A stretch of DNA of 49,168 bases from Escherichia phage 4A7, in the sequence record NC_049946.1. One strand, 5' to 3'. The notes beneath the pieces are model-generated. The model was not told the origin of the DNA and made no database searches. It saw nothing but the letters and a program-made list of their open reading frames with translations. The translations under genes were made by a program, and so were the position numbers. Positions 21,678-31,181 of this stretch are shown piece by piece; position 1 is the stretch's first letter, and the number at the start of each line of letters is the position of its first letter.

Positions 21678-23291
21678 ATGAGTCAGAAATACCTCATTCG
21701 CATCGCAGAGCTGGAAAGGTTGCTCTCTGAGCAGGCTGAAGCCCTCCGTCAGAAAGACCAGCAACTGAGTCTGGTTGAAGAGACGGAAGCCTTCCTGCGC
21801 TCTGCACTGACACGTGCCGAAGAAAAGATCGAAGAAGATGAACGGGAAATAGAACATCTGCGGGCTCAGATAGAAAAACTGCGCCGGATGCTGTTCGGTA
21901 CCCGTTCTGAAAAACTGCGTCGTGAAGTTGAACTGGCTGAGGCTCTGCTGAAACAACGTGAACAGGACAGCGATCGTTACAGTGGGCGGGAAGACGATCC
22001 TCAGGTTCCCCGCCAGTTGCGACAGTCGCGCCATCGTCGTCCGTTACCGGCACACCTTCCCCGTGAAATACACCGCCTGGAGCCAGAAGAAAGCTGTTGC
22101 CCGGAGTGTGGCGGTGAGCTGGATTATCTGGGGGAAGTCAGCGCTGAACAGCTGGAACTGGTGAGCAGTGCCCTGAAAGTGATCCGCACAGAACGGGTAA
22201 AAAAAGCCTGTACAAAATGTGACTGTATTGTTGAAGCACCGGCGCCGTCCCGCCCGATAGAGCGTGGTATCGCGGGCCCCGGATTACTTGCCCGCGTGTT
22301 AACGGGAAAATACTGCGAACATCTGCCACTGTATCGTCAGAGTGAAATCTTTGCCCGCCAGGGTGTCGAACTGAGCCGGGCCTTACTCTCCAACTGGGTT
22401 GACGCGTGCTGCCAGTTAATGACACCGGTGAATGATGCCCTGTACCGTTATGTAATGAATACCCGCAAGGTTCACACTGATGACACACCGGTAAAGGTAC
22501 TGGCACCGGGTCAGAAAAAGGCGAAAACAGGGCGTATCTGGACGTATGTCCGGGATGATCGCAATGTGGGTTCGTCATCTCCTCCAGCGGTCTGGTTCGC
22601 GTACTCGCCGAACCGGCAGGGGAAACACCCGGAGCAACACCTCCGCCCCTTCCGGGGTATCCTGCAGGCGGATGCGTTCACAGGTTACGACAGGTTGTTC
22701 AGTGCAGAACGTGAAGGTGGTGCACTGACAGAAGTTGCGTGCTGGGCCCATGCCCGGCGAAAAATCCACGATGTATACATCAGCAGCAAAAGTGCGACGG
22801 CAGAAGAAGCCCTGAAGCGAATCAGTGAACTGTACGCCATCGAGGATGAAATACGGGGATTACCGGAGTCAGAGCGTCTTGCCGTCAGGCAGCAGCGAAG
22901 CAAAGTGTTACTGACGTCGCTGCATGAATGGATGGTGGAGAAGAATGGTACGCTGTCGAAAAAATCCAGACTGGGCGAAGCGTTCAGCTATGTACTGAAT
23001 CAGTGGGATGCCCTCTGTTATTACAGTGATGACGGTCTGGCGGAGGCGGATAATAATGCTGCGGAAAGAGCGCTTCGTGCAGTCTGTCTCGGAAAGAAAA
23101 ACTTTATGTTCTTTGGCAGCGATCACGGCGGCGAGCGTGGAGCACTGTTGTACGGGCTGATCGGCACCTGCCGTCTGAACGGTATCGATCCGGAAGCGTA
23201 TCTGCGCCATATCCTGAGCGTACTGCCGGAATGGCCTTCCAACCGAGTTGACGAACTCCTGCCATGGAACGTAGTACTCACCAATAAATAA
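21678..23291 (+). CDS. tnpC: IS66-family transposase (TnpC)
   Basis: 537 aa with an N-terminal coiled coil/leucine zipper, a CxxC...CxxC zinc motif and a DDE-type core; position and size typical of IS66 TnpC. Confidence 0.85.
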   Translation: MSQKYLIRIAELERLLSEQAEALRQKDQQLSLVEETEAFLRSALTRAEEKIEEDEREIEHLRAQIEKLRRMLFGTRSEKLRREVELAEALLKQREQDSDRYSGREDDPQVPRQLRQSRHRRPLPAHLPREIHRLEPEESCCPECGGELDYLGEVSAEQLELVSSALKVIRTERVKKACTKCDCIVEAPAPSRPIERGIAGPGLLARVLTGKYCEHLPLYRQSEIFARQGVELSRALLSNWVDACCQLMTPVNDALYRYVMNTRKVHTDDTPVKVLAPGQKKAKTGRIWTYVRDDRNVGSSSPPAVWFAYSPNRQGKHPEQHLRPFRGILQADAFTGYDRLFSAEREGGALTEVACWAHARRKIHDVYISSKSATAEEALKRISELYAIEDEIRGLPESERLAVRQQRSKVLLTSLHEWMVEKNGTLSKKSRLGEAFSYVLNQWDALCYYSDDGLAEADNNAAERALRAVCLGKKNFMFFGSDHGGERGALLYGLIGTCRLNGIDPEAYLRHILSVLPEWPSNRVDELLPWNVVLTNK

Positions 23292-23321
23292 GCGTCAATA
23301 CGGTGCTCCGTTGACGCTTAC

Positions 23322-23462
23322 TATAATGGCGTGACCGCTGATAAAAATATCCGATTTGGAGGGCAGACGAATACTGGAGAACGACATCTGTTTGGCCATA
23401 TTCGCAATTTCCGCATATGGCATAAAGAATTAAATGACAGGCAATTAAAAGAGGTCGTATGA
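23322..23462 (+). pseudogene. stf: displaced 3' end of stf (43 codons) downstream of the IS
   Basis: After removing the IS and one TSD copy, the stf frame continues (GVTADKNIRF...LKEVV) to a TGA at 23460-23462 that overlaps the ATG of the next gene. Confidence 0.6.
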
Positions 23463-23737
23463 AAGATTTAACTTTGAAGTTTCATGACAAACTGCAGTTT
23501 AAGGCCTTCCTGTCATCTCTTGGCTGGGCGGAAGATGAAGACCTCCAGAATAAACTGTTAGTTGATGAAATTGGTTTCACCTACACAGAAACAGGGGTAA
23601 CAGAAGAGGGAGAACCTGTCTGTATCCGGAATGATGGTTATTTTGTCAACATTCGCATTCTTGATGACTTGTTTGATGTTTCTGTATTCTCTGATTATGT
23701 CGTGGAGCTGGAAACACCGCTTCGGGAATGGAGCTGA
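23459..23737 (+). CDS. hypothetical protein, translationally coupled to the original stf stop (possible small tail-fibre chaperone)
   Basis: 92-aa ORF with AAGAGG RBS; its ATG overlaps the native stf stop (ATGA). No recognised homologue. Confidence 0.45.
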   Translation: MKDLTLKFHDKLQFKAFLSSLGWAEDEDLQNKLLVDEIGFTYTETGVTEEGEPVCIRNDGYFVNIRILDDLFDVSVFSDYVVELETPLREWS

Positions 23738-23749
23738 AAGGAGGAAATA

Positions 23750-24043
23750 ATGGATATAAGCCCCTTACTTCATGCACTTTGTGCTGTGGCTGCGCAGATA
23801 CTGGTTGGTCTTTTTACCGGAAACTGGGCTTACGGAGCGATAGCCGGTTGTACGTTCTTCATTGCGCGTGAACATACCCAGGCAGAATATCGCTGGATTG
23901 AAATGTTCGGGCATGGCAAGCGAATGAATATGCCGTGGTGGGGCGGTTTTGATCCGCGTGCTTGGGATGTGGCAAGCCTGATGGATTTTGCTGTGCCGGT
24001 GGTGGCGTGTCTGCTGGTCTGGCTGTTGGTTAATCGTGGGTGA
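23750..24043 (+). CDS. hypothetical small membrane protein
   Basis: 97-aa ORF with a strong AGGAGG RBS and two hydrophobic segments. Confidence 0.45.
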   Translation: MDISPLLHALCAVAAQILVGLFTGNWAYGAIAGCTFFIAREHTQAEYRWIEMFGHGKRMNMPWWGGFDPRAWDVASLMDFAVPVVACLLVWLLVNRG

Positions 24044-24134
24044 AAAAAGGTGAGCTGTATATGCAACGGAGGAAGAAACCCCGTTGCTGGAAGCCAGGAA
24101 AAAGTATCGGGTGTTGCTGTCCTCGGATGTTGTG

Positions 24135-24992
24135 CTAATTGGGTGATAACAGATCCTGTGTATGGGAGTTTCCCTTTTTGCGTGCGTTGATGCTGGTAAC
24201 GGCAAACGTCATGATGAACAAAACCGCGAATAAGACGACAATCGTCGGAGCTGGTGCGCTGTCGATAAAAAAGGACAACCAGACACCAGTCATTGACACT
24301 ATTACCGATATGCCAGTCGCCAGTAGGAGCGCAATATGAAAGCGTTGTGTCAGGAGTACCGCAATGGCGCCAGGCGCAATGAGCAGAGAAATGGAGAGAA
24401 TGATACCTACCGCTTTCAGCGTCGCCACAATGGTCAGAGAGACCATGCACAGCAGCCCATAATGCAGCCATCTCGTATGCAAACCGCTTACCTGCGCCTG
24501 TTGATAATCAAAGCTGAACAGCAAAAAATCCCGCCATTTTACGCTAATAACAAGTGTAACCAGCCCGGCAATAATCATCGTCTGGATTATATCGCCGATG
24601 GTTATCCCGAGCATGTCGCCGAAAAGAATATGGTCAAGATGTACGTCTGGTTTGACTGCAATATACAAGATCAGACCTGCGGCAAACATGCCAGAAAAAA
24701 CAATCCCCATCACTGTATCTTGCTTGATTCGGCTGTTGTCTTTCAGGTATCCCGTCGCCACCGCGCAGAATACTCCGGCGACGAATGCCCCTGTAGCCAA
24801 AGGTAACCCCAGAATCCAGGCAAGCACGATGCCAGGAAAAACCGCATGACTCATCGCGTCACCCATCAGTGCCCAACCTTTCAGGACCAGAAAGACCGAC
24901 AGCAGCGCACAGGGTATGGAAACTACCAGTGAAATCAGCAGTGCGTGACTCATAAAGGTGAACTGCAGTGGCTCCAGTAATAATGCCATCAT
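24135..24992 (-). CDS. sitD: Mn/Fe ABC transporter permease SitD
   Basis: 285-aa polytopic membrane protein, last gene of the sitABCD-type operon, overlapping sitC. Confidence 0.85.
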   Translation of the reverse strand: MMALLLEPLQFTFMSHALLISLVVSIPCALLSVFLVLKGWALMGDAMSHAVFPGIVLAWILGLPLATGAFVAGVFCAVATGYLKDNSRIKQDTVMGIVFSGMFAAGLILYIAVKPDVHLDHILFGDMLGITIGDIIQTMIIAGLVTLVISVKWRDFLLFSFDYQQAQVSGLHTRWLHYGLLCMVSLTIVATLKAVGIILSISLLIAPGAIAVLLTQRFHIALLLATGISVIVSMTGVWLSFFIDSAPAPTIVVLFAVLFIMTFAVTSINARKKGNSHTQDLLSPN

Positions 24993-25846
24993 GAGCGATC
25001 CTCCAGCGCCTTATGCGCACGCCGACGATTTGCCAAAAGCCCATGGGTGGGCGCAAAGACAAATGCTAAAAGAAACAGCAGTGTCTGCGCCACCACGATG
25101 ATTCCACCTGTCGCGCCGTCCAGAAAGTAACTGACCCACGCGCCGAGGAAACTGGTTACACTGCCAATAGTTACAGCAATCATGAGCAGGCGGGGAAAAC
25201 GATCGGTTAACAACCATGCTGTTGCACCGGGAGTCACCACCAGACAGATCACCAGAAAGGCACCAACCGTTTGCAGCGCCGCAACGGTCGAAACCGACAG
25301 CAGGGTGAAGAAGAGGAGTTTTAATCTGCCCGGATGCAATCCAATAGCACGGGCGTGATTCTCGTCGAAAAAGGTCACCATAAGATCTTTCCATTTGAAA
25401 AAAAGCACGATGATCGAGAGAATGCCAATGATAGTGAGTTGCAGGATATCCGCCGGATCGATTGCCAGAATATTGCCCAGGACGATGGTCTGAATGTTCA
25501 CAGATGTCGGGTTCAATGACACCATAAACAGCCCCAGGCCAAAAAAGGACGAGAAGATCAGACCGATGATGGCATCTTCTTTTAAGCGGGTGCGTTGGTT
25601 AAGAAACAGCATGCTGCCCGCAGCCAGTCCGCCGGAAAAGAAGGCTCCCAGAGAAAACGGAAGCCCCAGCATATATGCCCCCGCAACACCCGGGACAATA
25701 GAGTGCGACAACGCATCGCCAATCAGCGACCAGCCTTTTAGCATCAGATAGCATGACAGGAAAGCGCAGAGACCGCCGACCATCGCCGAGACCCACATCG
25801 CATTGAGCATATATTCATAGCTGAAGGGTTCCAGTAGCACGTTCAT
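24989..25846 (-). CDS. sitC: Mn/Fe ABC transporter permease SitC
   Basis: 285-aa polytopic membrane protein, paralogous to sitD; overlaps sitB. Confidence 0.85.
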   Translation of the reverse strand: MNVLLEPFSYEYMLNAMWVSAMVGGLCAFLSCYLMLKGWSLIGDALSHSIVPGVAGAYMLGLPFSLGAFFSGGLAAGSMLFLNQRTRLKEDAIIGLIFSSFFGLGLFMVSLNPTSVNIQTIVLGNILAIDPADILQLTIIGILSIIVLFFKWKDLMVTFFDENHARAIGLHPGRLKLLFFTLLSVSTVAALQTVGAFLVICLVVTPGATAWLLTDRFPRLLMIAVTIGSVTSFLGAWVSYFLDGATGGIIVVAQTLLFLLAFVFAPTHGLLANRRRAHKALEDRS

Positions 25847-26670
25847 CTTTCTTCCCTCTGCACCGCTGACGGTCGATGAGCCACAAAAGGGCGTTCATCG
25901 TCAGTAATAATGCTTTCTTCCGAGCCGTTAAGTGTGACATGGCGCAGTACGCCGCTAAAAGCCAGCTCTAGGTTCTCGGCTGTAAAAGTGGTGTCTGTCG
26001 GCCCGCTTGCCAGGACGGTGCCTTTGACCATGACCGTATAATCGCAAAATGTCGTGACGGATCCGAGATTGTGTGTTGAGACAAGCATCGTTTTGCCTTC
26101 CGCGCGTAACTCCCTCAACAGGCTGATGATTTTGGCTTCGGTTTTCACATCAACGCCAGTAAAAGGTTCATCCAGCAGGATCACATCACCCTGCTGTGCA
26201 ATCGCTCTCGCCAGAAAGACGCGTTTCTTTTGTCCACCGGAAAGCTCGCCGATTTGTCGATGGCGAAAATTCACCATATCGACACGTTCCAGCGCATCGG
26301 TGACAATTTGACGATCCCTCTTTTTGGCGATACGCAACATACCCATATGCCCATAGCGGCCCATCATCACCACATCTTCCACCAGTACAGGAAATGACCA
26401 GTCAACCTCTTCTGACTGAGGGACGTAGGCAACCAGGTTTTTCTGTAACGCCTGTCGCGTGGGAATACCCAGAACAGATATCTTTCCGCTGGTCAGACGC
26501 ACAAATCCCATAATCGCTTTAAACAACGTCGATTTTCCGGAACCGTTTACCCCAACCAGAGCGGCAATAGATCCACTTGGTACTGTGAAGGATGCATCGC
26601 GCAGTGCTGTGTGCCCGTTATGCCAGGTGACAGCAACATCATTAACGACAATGCCTGCAGATTGCATCAT
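25843..26670 (-). CDS. sitB: Mn/Fe ABC transporter ATP-binding protein SitB
   Basis: Walker [13 protein letters not shown] signature LSGGQKKR, Walker B ILLDEP. Confidence 0.9.
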   Translation of the reverse strand: MMQSAGIVVNDVAVTWHNGHTALRDASFTVPSGSIAALVGVNGSGKSTLFKAIMGFVRLTSGKISVLGIPTRQALQKNLVAYVPQSEEVDWSFPVLVEDVVMMGRYGHMGMLRIAKKRDRQIVTDALERVDMVNFRHRQIGELSGGQKKRVFLARAIAQQGDVILLDEPFTGVDVKTEAKIISLLRELRAEGKTMLVSTHNLGSVTTFCDYTVMVKGTVLASGPTDTTFTAENLELAFSGVLRHVTLNGSEESIITDDERPFVAHRPSAVQREER

Positions 26671-27584
26671 TATTTCTCCCTTTTCCCGGCTTTAATTCCC
26701 TGTACCAGCGTACTGGTAGTAACCTTAAGAAGGTCGATATACGTCGGTACCGGGCCGTTTTCTGTGCTCAGGGAATCGACATAGAGCACACCGCCGTAGT
26801 GTGCGCCGGTTTCACGCGCAACCTGACGCGCTGGTTTATCGGAAATCGTACTCTCGCTAAAGACTGCCGGGATATGATTTTTCTTAACTATATCAACAAC
26901 CTTACGTACCTGCTGCGGTGTTCCTTGTTGATCGGCATTAATCGGCCACAGATAAAGCTCTTTTAGCCCCAAATCGCGTGCGAGATAAGAAAAAGCCCCT
27001 TCACTGGTGACCATCCATCGCTGATTCTCAGGGAGTTCCGTAATCTGCTTACGCAGGGGGGCAAGGGTTTGGGTAATCTTGGCTTTATAAGTATCGGCAT
27101 TGCGTTGGTAGGTTTGTGCATTTGCCGGATCGTATTTTATCAACGCATCACGAATATTATCGACGTAAATCAGAGCATTATCTGGCGACATCCATGCATG
27201 GGGGTTAGGTTTGCCCTCATAGGGTCCTTCGGTGATCCCTACAGGCGTCACACCCGAAGAGACAATTACTTCTGGAACCCCATTGAGATGCTGGTAAAAG
27301 CGTTGGAACCACAATTCCAGATTCATACCATTGGCGAGAATCAGTTGTGCCCCCTGCGCACGTTTAATATCGCCAGGGGTAGGCTGATACTCATGAATTT
27401 CTGCACCAGGCTTGGTTATGGATGAGACTTCTGCAGCATCTCCCGCCACGTTTTTGGCCATATCCGCGATGATGGTAAATGTTGTAATGACCTTAAATTT
27501 TTCAGTTGCACTTGCCTGAAATGCGATCGAGCAGGTGAGTGCGAGGCCCCCCAAGAGCATGGTTACTTTTTTTATTGAGCGCAT
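26670..27584 (-). CDS. sitA: periplasmic Mn/Fe-binding protein SitA
   Basis: 304 aa with signal peptide; cluster-9 (MntC/YfeA/SitA-type) solute-binding protein; first gene of the operon. Confidence 0.9.
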   Translation of the reverse strand: MRSIKKVTMLLGGLALTCSIAFQASATEKFKVITTFTIIADMAKNVAGDAAEVSSITKPGAEIHEYQPTPGDIKRAQGAQLILANGMNLELWFQRFYQHLNGVPEVIVSSGVTPVGITEGPYEGKPNPHAWMSPDNALIYVDNIRDALIKYDPANAQTYQRNADTYKAKITQTLAPLRKQITELPENQRWMVTSEGAFSYLARDLGLKELYLWPINADQQGTPQQVRKVVDIVKKNHIPAVFSESTISDKPARQVARETGAHYGGVLYVDSLSTENGPVPTYIDLLKVTTSTLVQGIKAGKREK

Positions 27585-27616
27585 AATTTAGTACCTATAG
27601 TGAGCAAAATTAGAAC

Positions 27617-27638
27617 AAACATAGCAACGGCTATGTTT
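27617..27638. promoter_or_regulatory. MntR operator-like palindrome in the sitA promoter
   Basis: Perfect 9-bp inverted repeat with 4-bp spacer, AAACATAGC-AACG-GCTATGTTT, 33-54 bp upstream of the sitA start. Confidence 0.6.
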
Positions 27639-27660
27639 TATAGCATAACCTATACAGAAT

Positions 27661-27679
27661 GAAAATGATTATCATTAAC
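27661..27679. promoter_or_regulatory. Fur box
   Basis: GAAAATGATTATCATTAAC matches the Fur consensus GATAATGATAATCATTATC at about 16 of 19 positions; upstream of sitA. Confidence 0.65.
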
Positions 27680-27687
27680 ATCTTTGA

Positions 27688-28017
27688 GGCCCAAAACAGG
27701 GATTAGTTTGTTTCCTGCTGGATGAAAGGACTCTTGGGATAGCACATGCCGCACGAAGAGCAGCATTACATGATGTTTTGTCGAATGAGCTACGAATCCT
27801 GATAGAAATACGAAACAAGCTAGCACATGGACAATGGATCTATCCCTTCAATAATGAAGGAAATACTGTGGACCCTGATAAATATAAATTAATCAATAAA
27901 GAAAACTTGCAGTCACTCCAATTCAAATATTCATTAGCACAGCATTTAGTTGACGCTGTACATGATTTGGTTGTAAGTCCTACGACATTCGAACGAGATT
28001 TCGAAAGCCATTTTTAA
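27688..28017 (+). pseudogene. 5'-truncated gene remnant (open frame without a canonical start)
   Basis: AT-rich reading frame open from the stop at 27685 to 28017 with no ATG near its 5' end (the listed 79-aa ORF starts at TTG); it abuts the sit promoter. Confidence 0.35.
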
Positions 28018-28499
28018 AAATTATATCAAGTACGAACAAACTTAGTGACAAAAGACTACGAAAAATATAAAACAATTTTAGTATTAAGTAGAGAGAAATT
28101 TCGTTCTGCTAGGACGCAGCAATAGGTTCATGAGATTCTCTGATACTTGTTACCTTAGTAAGCCTTAAATTTTTAAAAATTCTTTTACGTCCACTCCTCG
28201 CTCATAACAGGCATTAACTACATTTATCTTCATTGGCTATGCAAGTCGTAATAAAAGGTGGGACAAAACTGAGACACATAAGCTCTCACAAAGGTCTGCA
28301 AGGCCTCACATGTATTGAGATGTTAATAAAATGTAGACTTGTAATTTTGATATAAATGGTAGATAAAACCTTTCCCCAAAATAAAAACGAACGTCAATGA
28401 AATCAAATGGTTGAATAAAGTTGATTTTGGCTAATAAAAAAACAATAAAATAATTTTTATTATTAAATATCAATGACTTAAACTTAATGTTTTTATATA

Positions 28500-28664
28500 C
28501 TGCTGCGCCATATGGGTTGGACTGAAGCGGCTGACCTGATTGTTAAAGGTATGGAAGGCGCAATCAACGCCAAGACCGTAACCTATGACTTCGAACGTCT
28601 GATGGAAGGCGCTAAACTGCTGAAATGTTCAGAGTTTGGTGATGCGATCATCAAGAATATGTAA
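28500..28664 (+). other. icd: phage-borne 3' end of icd (isocitrate dehydrogenase), the core of attP
   Basis: In-frame translation [54 protein letters not shown] matches the Icd C-terminus as recalled. e14 and phage 21 integrate into icd and carry a replacement 3' end. Confidence 0.85.
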
Positions 28665-28687
28665 TCACTACATGTGTTAAATATTGA

Positions 28688-28715
28688 AACGGGCGTATAA
28701 CACGCCCGTTGTTTT
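28688..28715 (+). terminator. intrinsic terminator after the icd 3' end
   Basis: Stem AACGGGCG/CGCCCGTT with loop TATAACA, followed by GTTTT. Confidence 0.7.
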
Positions 28716-28730
28716 ATGATGATGTAAAAT

Positions 28731-28767
28731 CTTCCCCAAAACTTTCCCCAAAACCCTTCCCCAAAAC
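28731..28767. repeat. three tandem 12-bp direct repeats YTTCCCCAAAAC (candidate integrase arm-type sites, P' arm)
   Basis: CTTCCCCAAAAC at 28731, TTTCCCCAAAAC at 28743, CTTCCCCAAAAC at 28756; a fourth copy TTTCCCCAAAA lies at 28371-28381 on the other side of the icd core. Confidence 0.45.
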
Positions 28768-28777
28768 TGGCTATTTT

Positions 28778-29920
28778 CTATGCTGTTTTGATATCTACGA
28801 TAATCCAGTCTTTACCACGATCATCATTGTATCGGTCGGTCATTTTTCTGGATTTATGGCCTAACAACTTTTGCGTATCCAGACCCTGTTCCCGATATAA
28901 CCGTTCTGACAGAGATCGCTGCTCATGAAATGTGGGCGCAGTTCCTTGCTCCCATTTTATGCCACATTTTTCCCTGGCCTTTTTAAAAGCCGTTGTCAGA
29001 GTATTCGCAGAAACCTGGTCTCCTCTGTTTGCTTGAGAGGTTGTGTGACGGTAATGGACCAGATATTTACTAACAACAGCATCCCTGCACTGAGATATAA
29101 CTTCACGAAGGGTAATATTCAGAGCATCGCATTTCAGGTTAAGCGGAATAGCAAGTTTTGAACCGGTTTTTTCCTGAGTAATGTGCAACATGTCGTCCCA
29201 GATATCAGAGAATTTCAAATTGCAGATATCGCCTAAACGTTGTCCAGTGACAAGAGCAAGTAGCATCCCGCATTTTAAATAGGGCTGCCGTCTGCTTACG
29301 CTGTCAAATATTGCCTGCCATTCGGGCAGTGATAATCTTTGGCGGTTTACTCGATTTCGCGGTTGTTTTGTTGCCTGCGCTGGGTTAAATCCTGGCGGAA
29401 CATGTCCTGCGTGTTGTGCTTCTTTGAAGACGTCGATTAACACCATTCTCACGACTTGCGCCATCCTGTTATGACCTTCAGCCTTTACAGCATCAATTAT
29501 TTCGGCAATATCAAGTGCGGTAATATCCTTGAGGTGTTGCATTCCACAATGCTCACGGAAAAGACGAATGGGTTTGCCTTTTTGCCGATAGGAGTTGGGT
29601 CTTAGTTCATTATGTTGCAGCCTGTCCTCCTGGATAGAAATATATTTATCAAGCCATTCTGTCACCGTAATGTCTGAGCGCCTGCCTTTCATTCTTTCCA
29701 GACGCTCATTGACGCTTAATATTTGTCGGGTACGTTGTTCAGCAATAATGGTATTTGCTTCAGTAGCAACTTGTTTTGCTTCATTCTCATCAGTTCCTAA
29801 GCTATGAAAACGACCGGATAGTGGATGTTTGTATTGCCAATATACCTTTCCGGTTCGCTTATCTAATTTGCAATATAAATTGGGTATAGAGATTTTGTGA
29901 GATCGGGGTCTAGCAGCCAT
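28778..29920 (-). CDS. int: tyrosine integrase (lambda Int family, phage 21 / e14 IntE-like)
   Basis: 380 aa with a C-terminal catalytic domain (R...HxxR...Y, LLGHKSRKMTDRY); adjacent to the icd-containing attP and overlapped by xis. Confidence 0.9.
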   Translation of the reverse strand: MAARPRSHKISIPNLYCKLDKRTGKVYWQYKHPLSGRFHSLGTDENEAKQVATEANTIIAEQRTRQILSVNERLERMKGRRSDITVTEWLDKYISIQEDRLQHNELRPNSYRQKGKPIRLFREHCGMQHLKDITALDIAEIIDAVKAEGHNRMAQVVRMVLIDVFKEAQHAGHVPPGFNPAQATKQPRNRVNRQRLSLPEWQAIFDSVSRRQPYLKCGMLLALVTGQRLGDICNLKFSDIWDDMLHITQEKTGSKLAIPLNLKCDALNITLREVISQCRDAVVSKYLVHYRHTTSQANRGDQVSANTLTTAFKKAREKCGIKWEQGTAPTFHEQRSLSERLYREQGLDTQKLLGHKSRKMTDRYNDDRGKDWIIVDIKTA

Positions 29921-30146
29921 CAGCGATTATCCGTTGGAGTTTTGGGTTTGCGTTTATTGGGAGTTGCGGTTCTGCAAGCGTTCCTACAAAACGGGAATTT
30001 CGGTCAATCATCCAGTAGCGACCAACTTTTATAGCGGGTGGGGCCATCATTTTCCCTTGCGCGTATTTTTTCAGAACTCGCTCACTTGGTGCTAAGTCCC
30101 CAAATTCTTCTTTAGCCCAGTCCTGTAAAGTGATTAGTCGAGACAT
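29910..30146 (-). CDS. xis: excisionase
   Basis: 78-aa ORF overlapping the int start; LTLQDW N-terminus, typical of Xis-family winged-helix proteins. Confidence 0.7.
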   Translation of the reverse strand: MSRLITLQDWAKEEFGDLAPSERVLKKYAQGKMMAPPAIKVGRYWMIDRNSRFVGTLAEPQLPINANPKLQRIIADGC

Positions 30147-30285
30147 TTGTCCTCCTCTTAGCTGCTGAGGGAGTTTGTGACCGATATATCTGACATGATA
30201 TTAAGCTCATGGCAGGTACATCTCTTGACTGGTCATAGAGATAAATTTAATGCTGAGAAATGCAGTATTGAATTTATCAAATTTT

Positions 30286-30525
30286 CTATTTCCTGCGTAT
30301 GGCACGTAACTTCTTAATGTGTTCTGCCGTTTCGATCTCTTCTGCTATCCGATCTGCATCAGCTTTATTCACAGGTTCAAAGTCATGATTAAAGCGGAAC
30401 ATGCTGGCGATACATGTTCTGCCTTTTCGGATGTAGTGAACTTTGTTGTGGGTAGAACGCAGGATTTTGCAGGGAGTGCCGTGGTGGTCGACGTACCAGG
30501 TGTTAGGAAAAATGATTCTGAACAT
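30286..30525 (-). CDS. hypothetical protein
   Basis: 79-aa ORF in the leftward early operon; no recognised homologue. Confidence 0.4.
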   Translation of the reverse strand: MFRIIFPNTWYVDHHGTPCKILRSTHNKVHYIRKGRTCIASMFRFNHDFEPVNKADADRIAEEIETAEHIKKLRAIRRK

Positions 30526-30572
30526 TTTTACACCTCAGTTGGACGATGTTGAAATTTGCTGCTTTGAGGCCA

Positions 30573-30791
30573 TCACAGTCCCCATTGTTTGTTCTTAAGT
30601 TCGATCTCCTCCTGGCAACTTGCACAAGTCCGACAACCCTGAACGGCCAGGCGTCTTCGTTCATCTATCGGATCGCCACACTCACAACAATGAGTGGCAG
30701 ATATAGCCTGGTGGTTCAGGCGGCGCATTTTTATTGCTGTGTTGCGCTGTAATTCTTCAATTTCTGATGCTGAATCAATGATGTCTGCCAT
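30573..30791 (-). CDS. TraR/DksA-family C4 zinc-finger protein
   Basis: 72 aa with CxxC(17)CxxC (CCECGDPI...CRTCASC); a common lambdoid early gene. Confidence 0.7.
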   Translation of the reverse strand: MADIIDSASEIEELQRNTAIKMRRLNHQAISATHCCECGDPIDERRRLAVQGCRTCASCQEEIELKNKQWGL

Positions 30792-30889
30792 CTTTCATTA
30801 ATCCCTGAATTGTTGGTTAATACGCTTGAGGGTGAATGCGAATAATAAAAAAGGAGCCTGTAGCTCCATGATGATTTTATTTTTCATGT

Positions 30890-31171
30890 TCACCGTTCCT
30901 TAAAGACGCCGTTTAACATGCCGATCGCCAGGCTTAAATGAGTCGGTGTGAATCCCATCAGCGTTACCGTTTCGCGGTGCTTCTTCAGTACGCTACGGCA
31001 AATGTCATCGACGTTTTTATCCGGAAACTGCTGTCTGGCTTTTTTGATTTCATAATTAGCCTGACGGGCAATACTGCGAAGGGCGTTTTCTTGCTGAGGT
31101 GTCATTGAACAAGTCCCATGTCGGCAAGCATAAGCACACAGAATATGAAGCCCGCTGCCAGAAAAATGCAT
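30890..31171 (-). CDS. hypothetical protein (true start possibly the internal Met at 31108)
   Basis: ORF in the early-left operon; no recognised homologue. Confidence 0.35.
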   Translation of the reverse strand: MHFSGSGLHILCAYACRHGTCSMTPQQENALRSIARQANYEIKKARQQFPDKNVDDICRSVLKKHRETVTLMGFTPTHLSLAIGMLNGVFKER

Positions 31172-31181
31172 TCAGTGGTTG

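Larger units (their letters stand above)
20790..23321 (+). mobile_element. IS66-family insertion sequence (tnpA-tnpB-tnpC) with an 8-bp target site duplication TATAATGG
   Basis: Ends are GTAAGCG... and ...CGCTTAC (imperfect inverted repeats beginning GTAA). Identical 8-mer TATAATGG at 20782-20789 and 23322-23329. Three ORFs of 141, 116 and 537 aa are typical of IS66. Confidence 0.85.

Noticed and set aside
23830-24471. 213-aa minus-strand ORF
   Set aside because: It overlaps both the RBS-supported 97-aa plus-strand gene and the 3' end of sitD in another frame; its Ser/Thr/His-rich translation looks non-protein-like.
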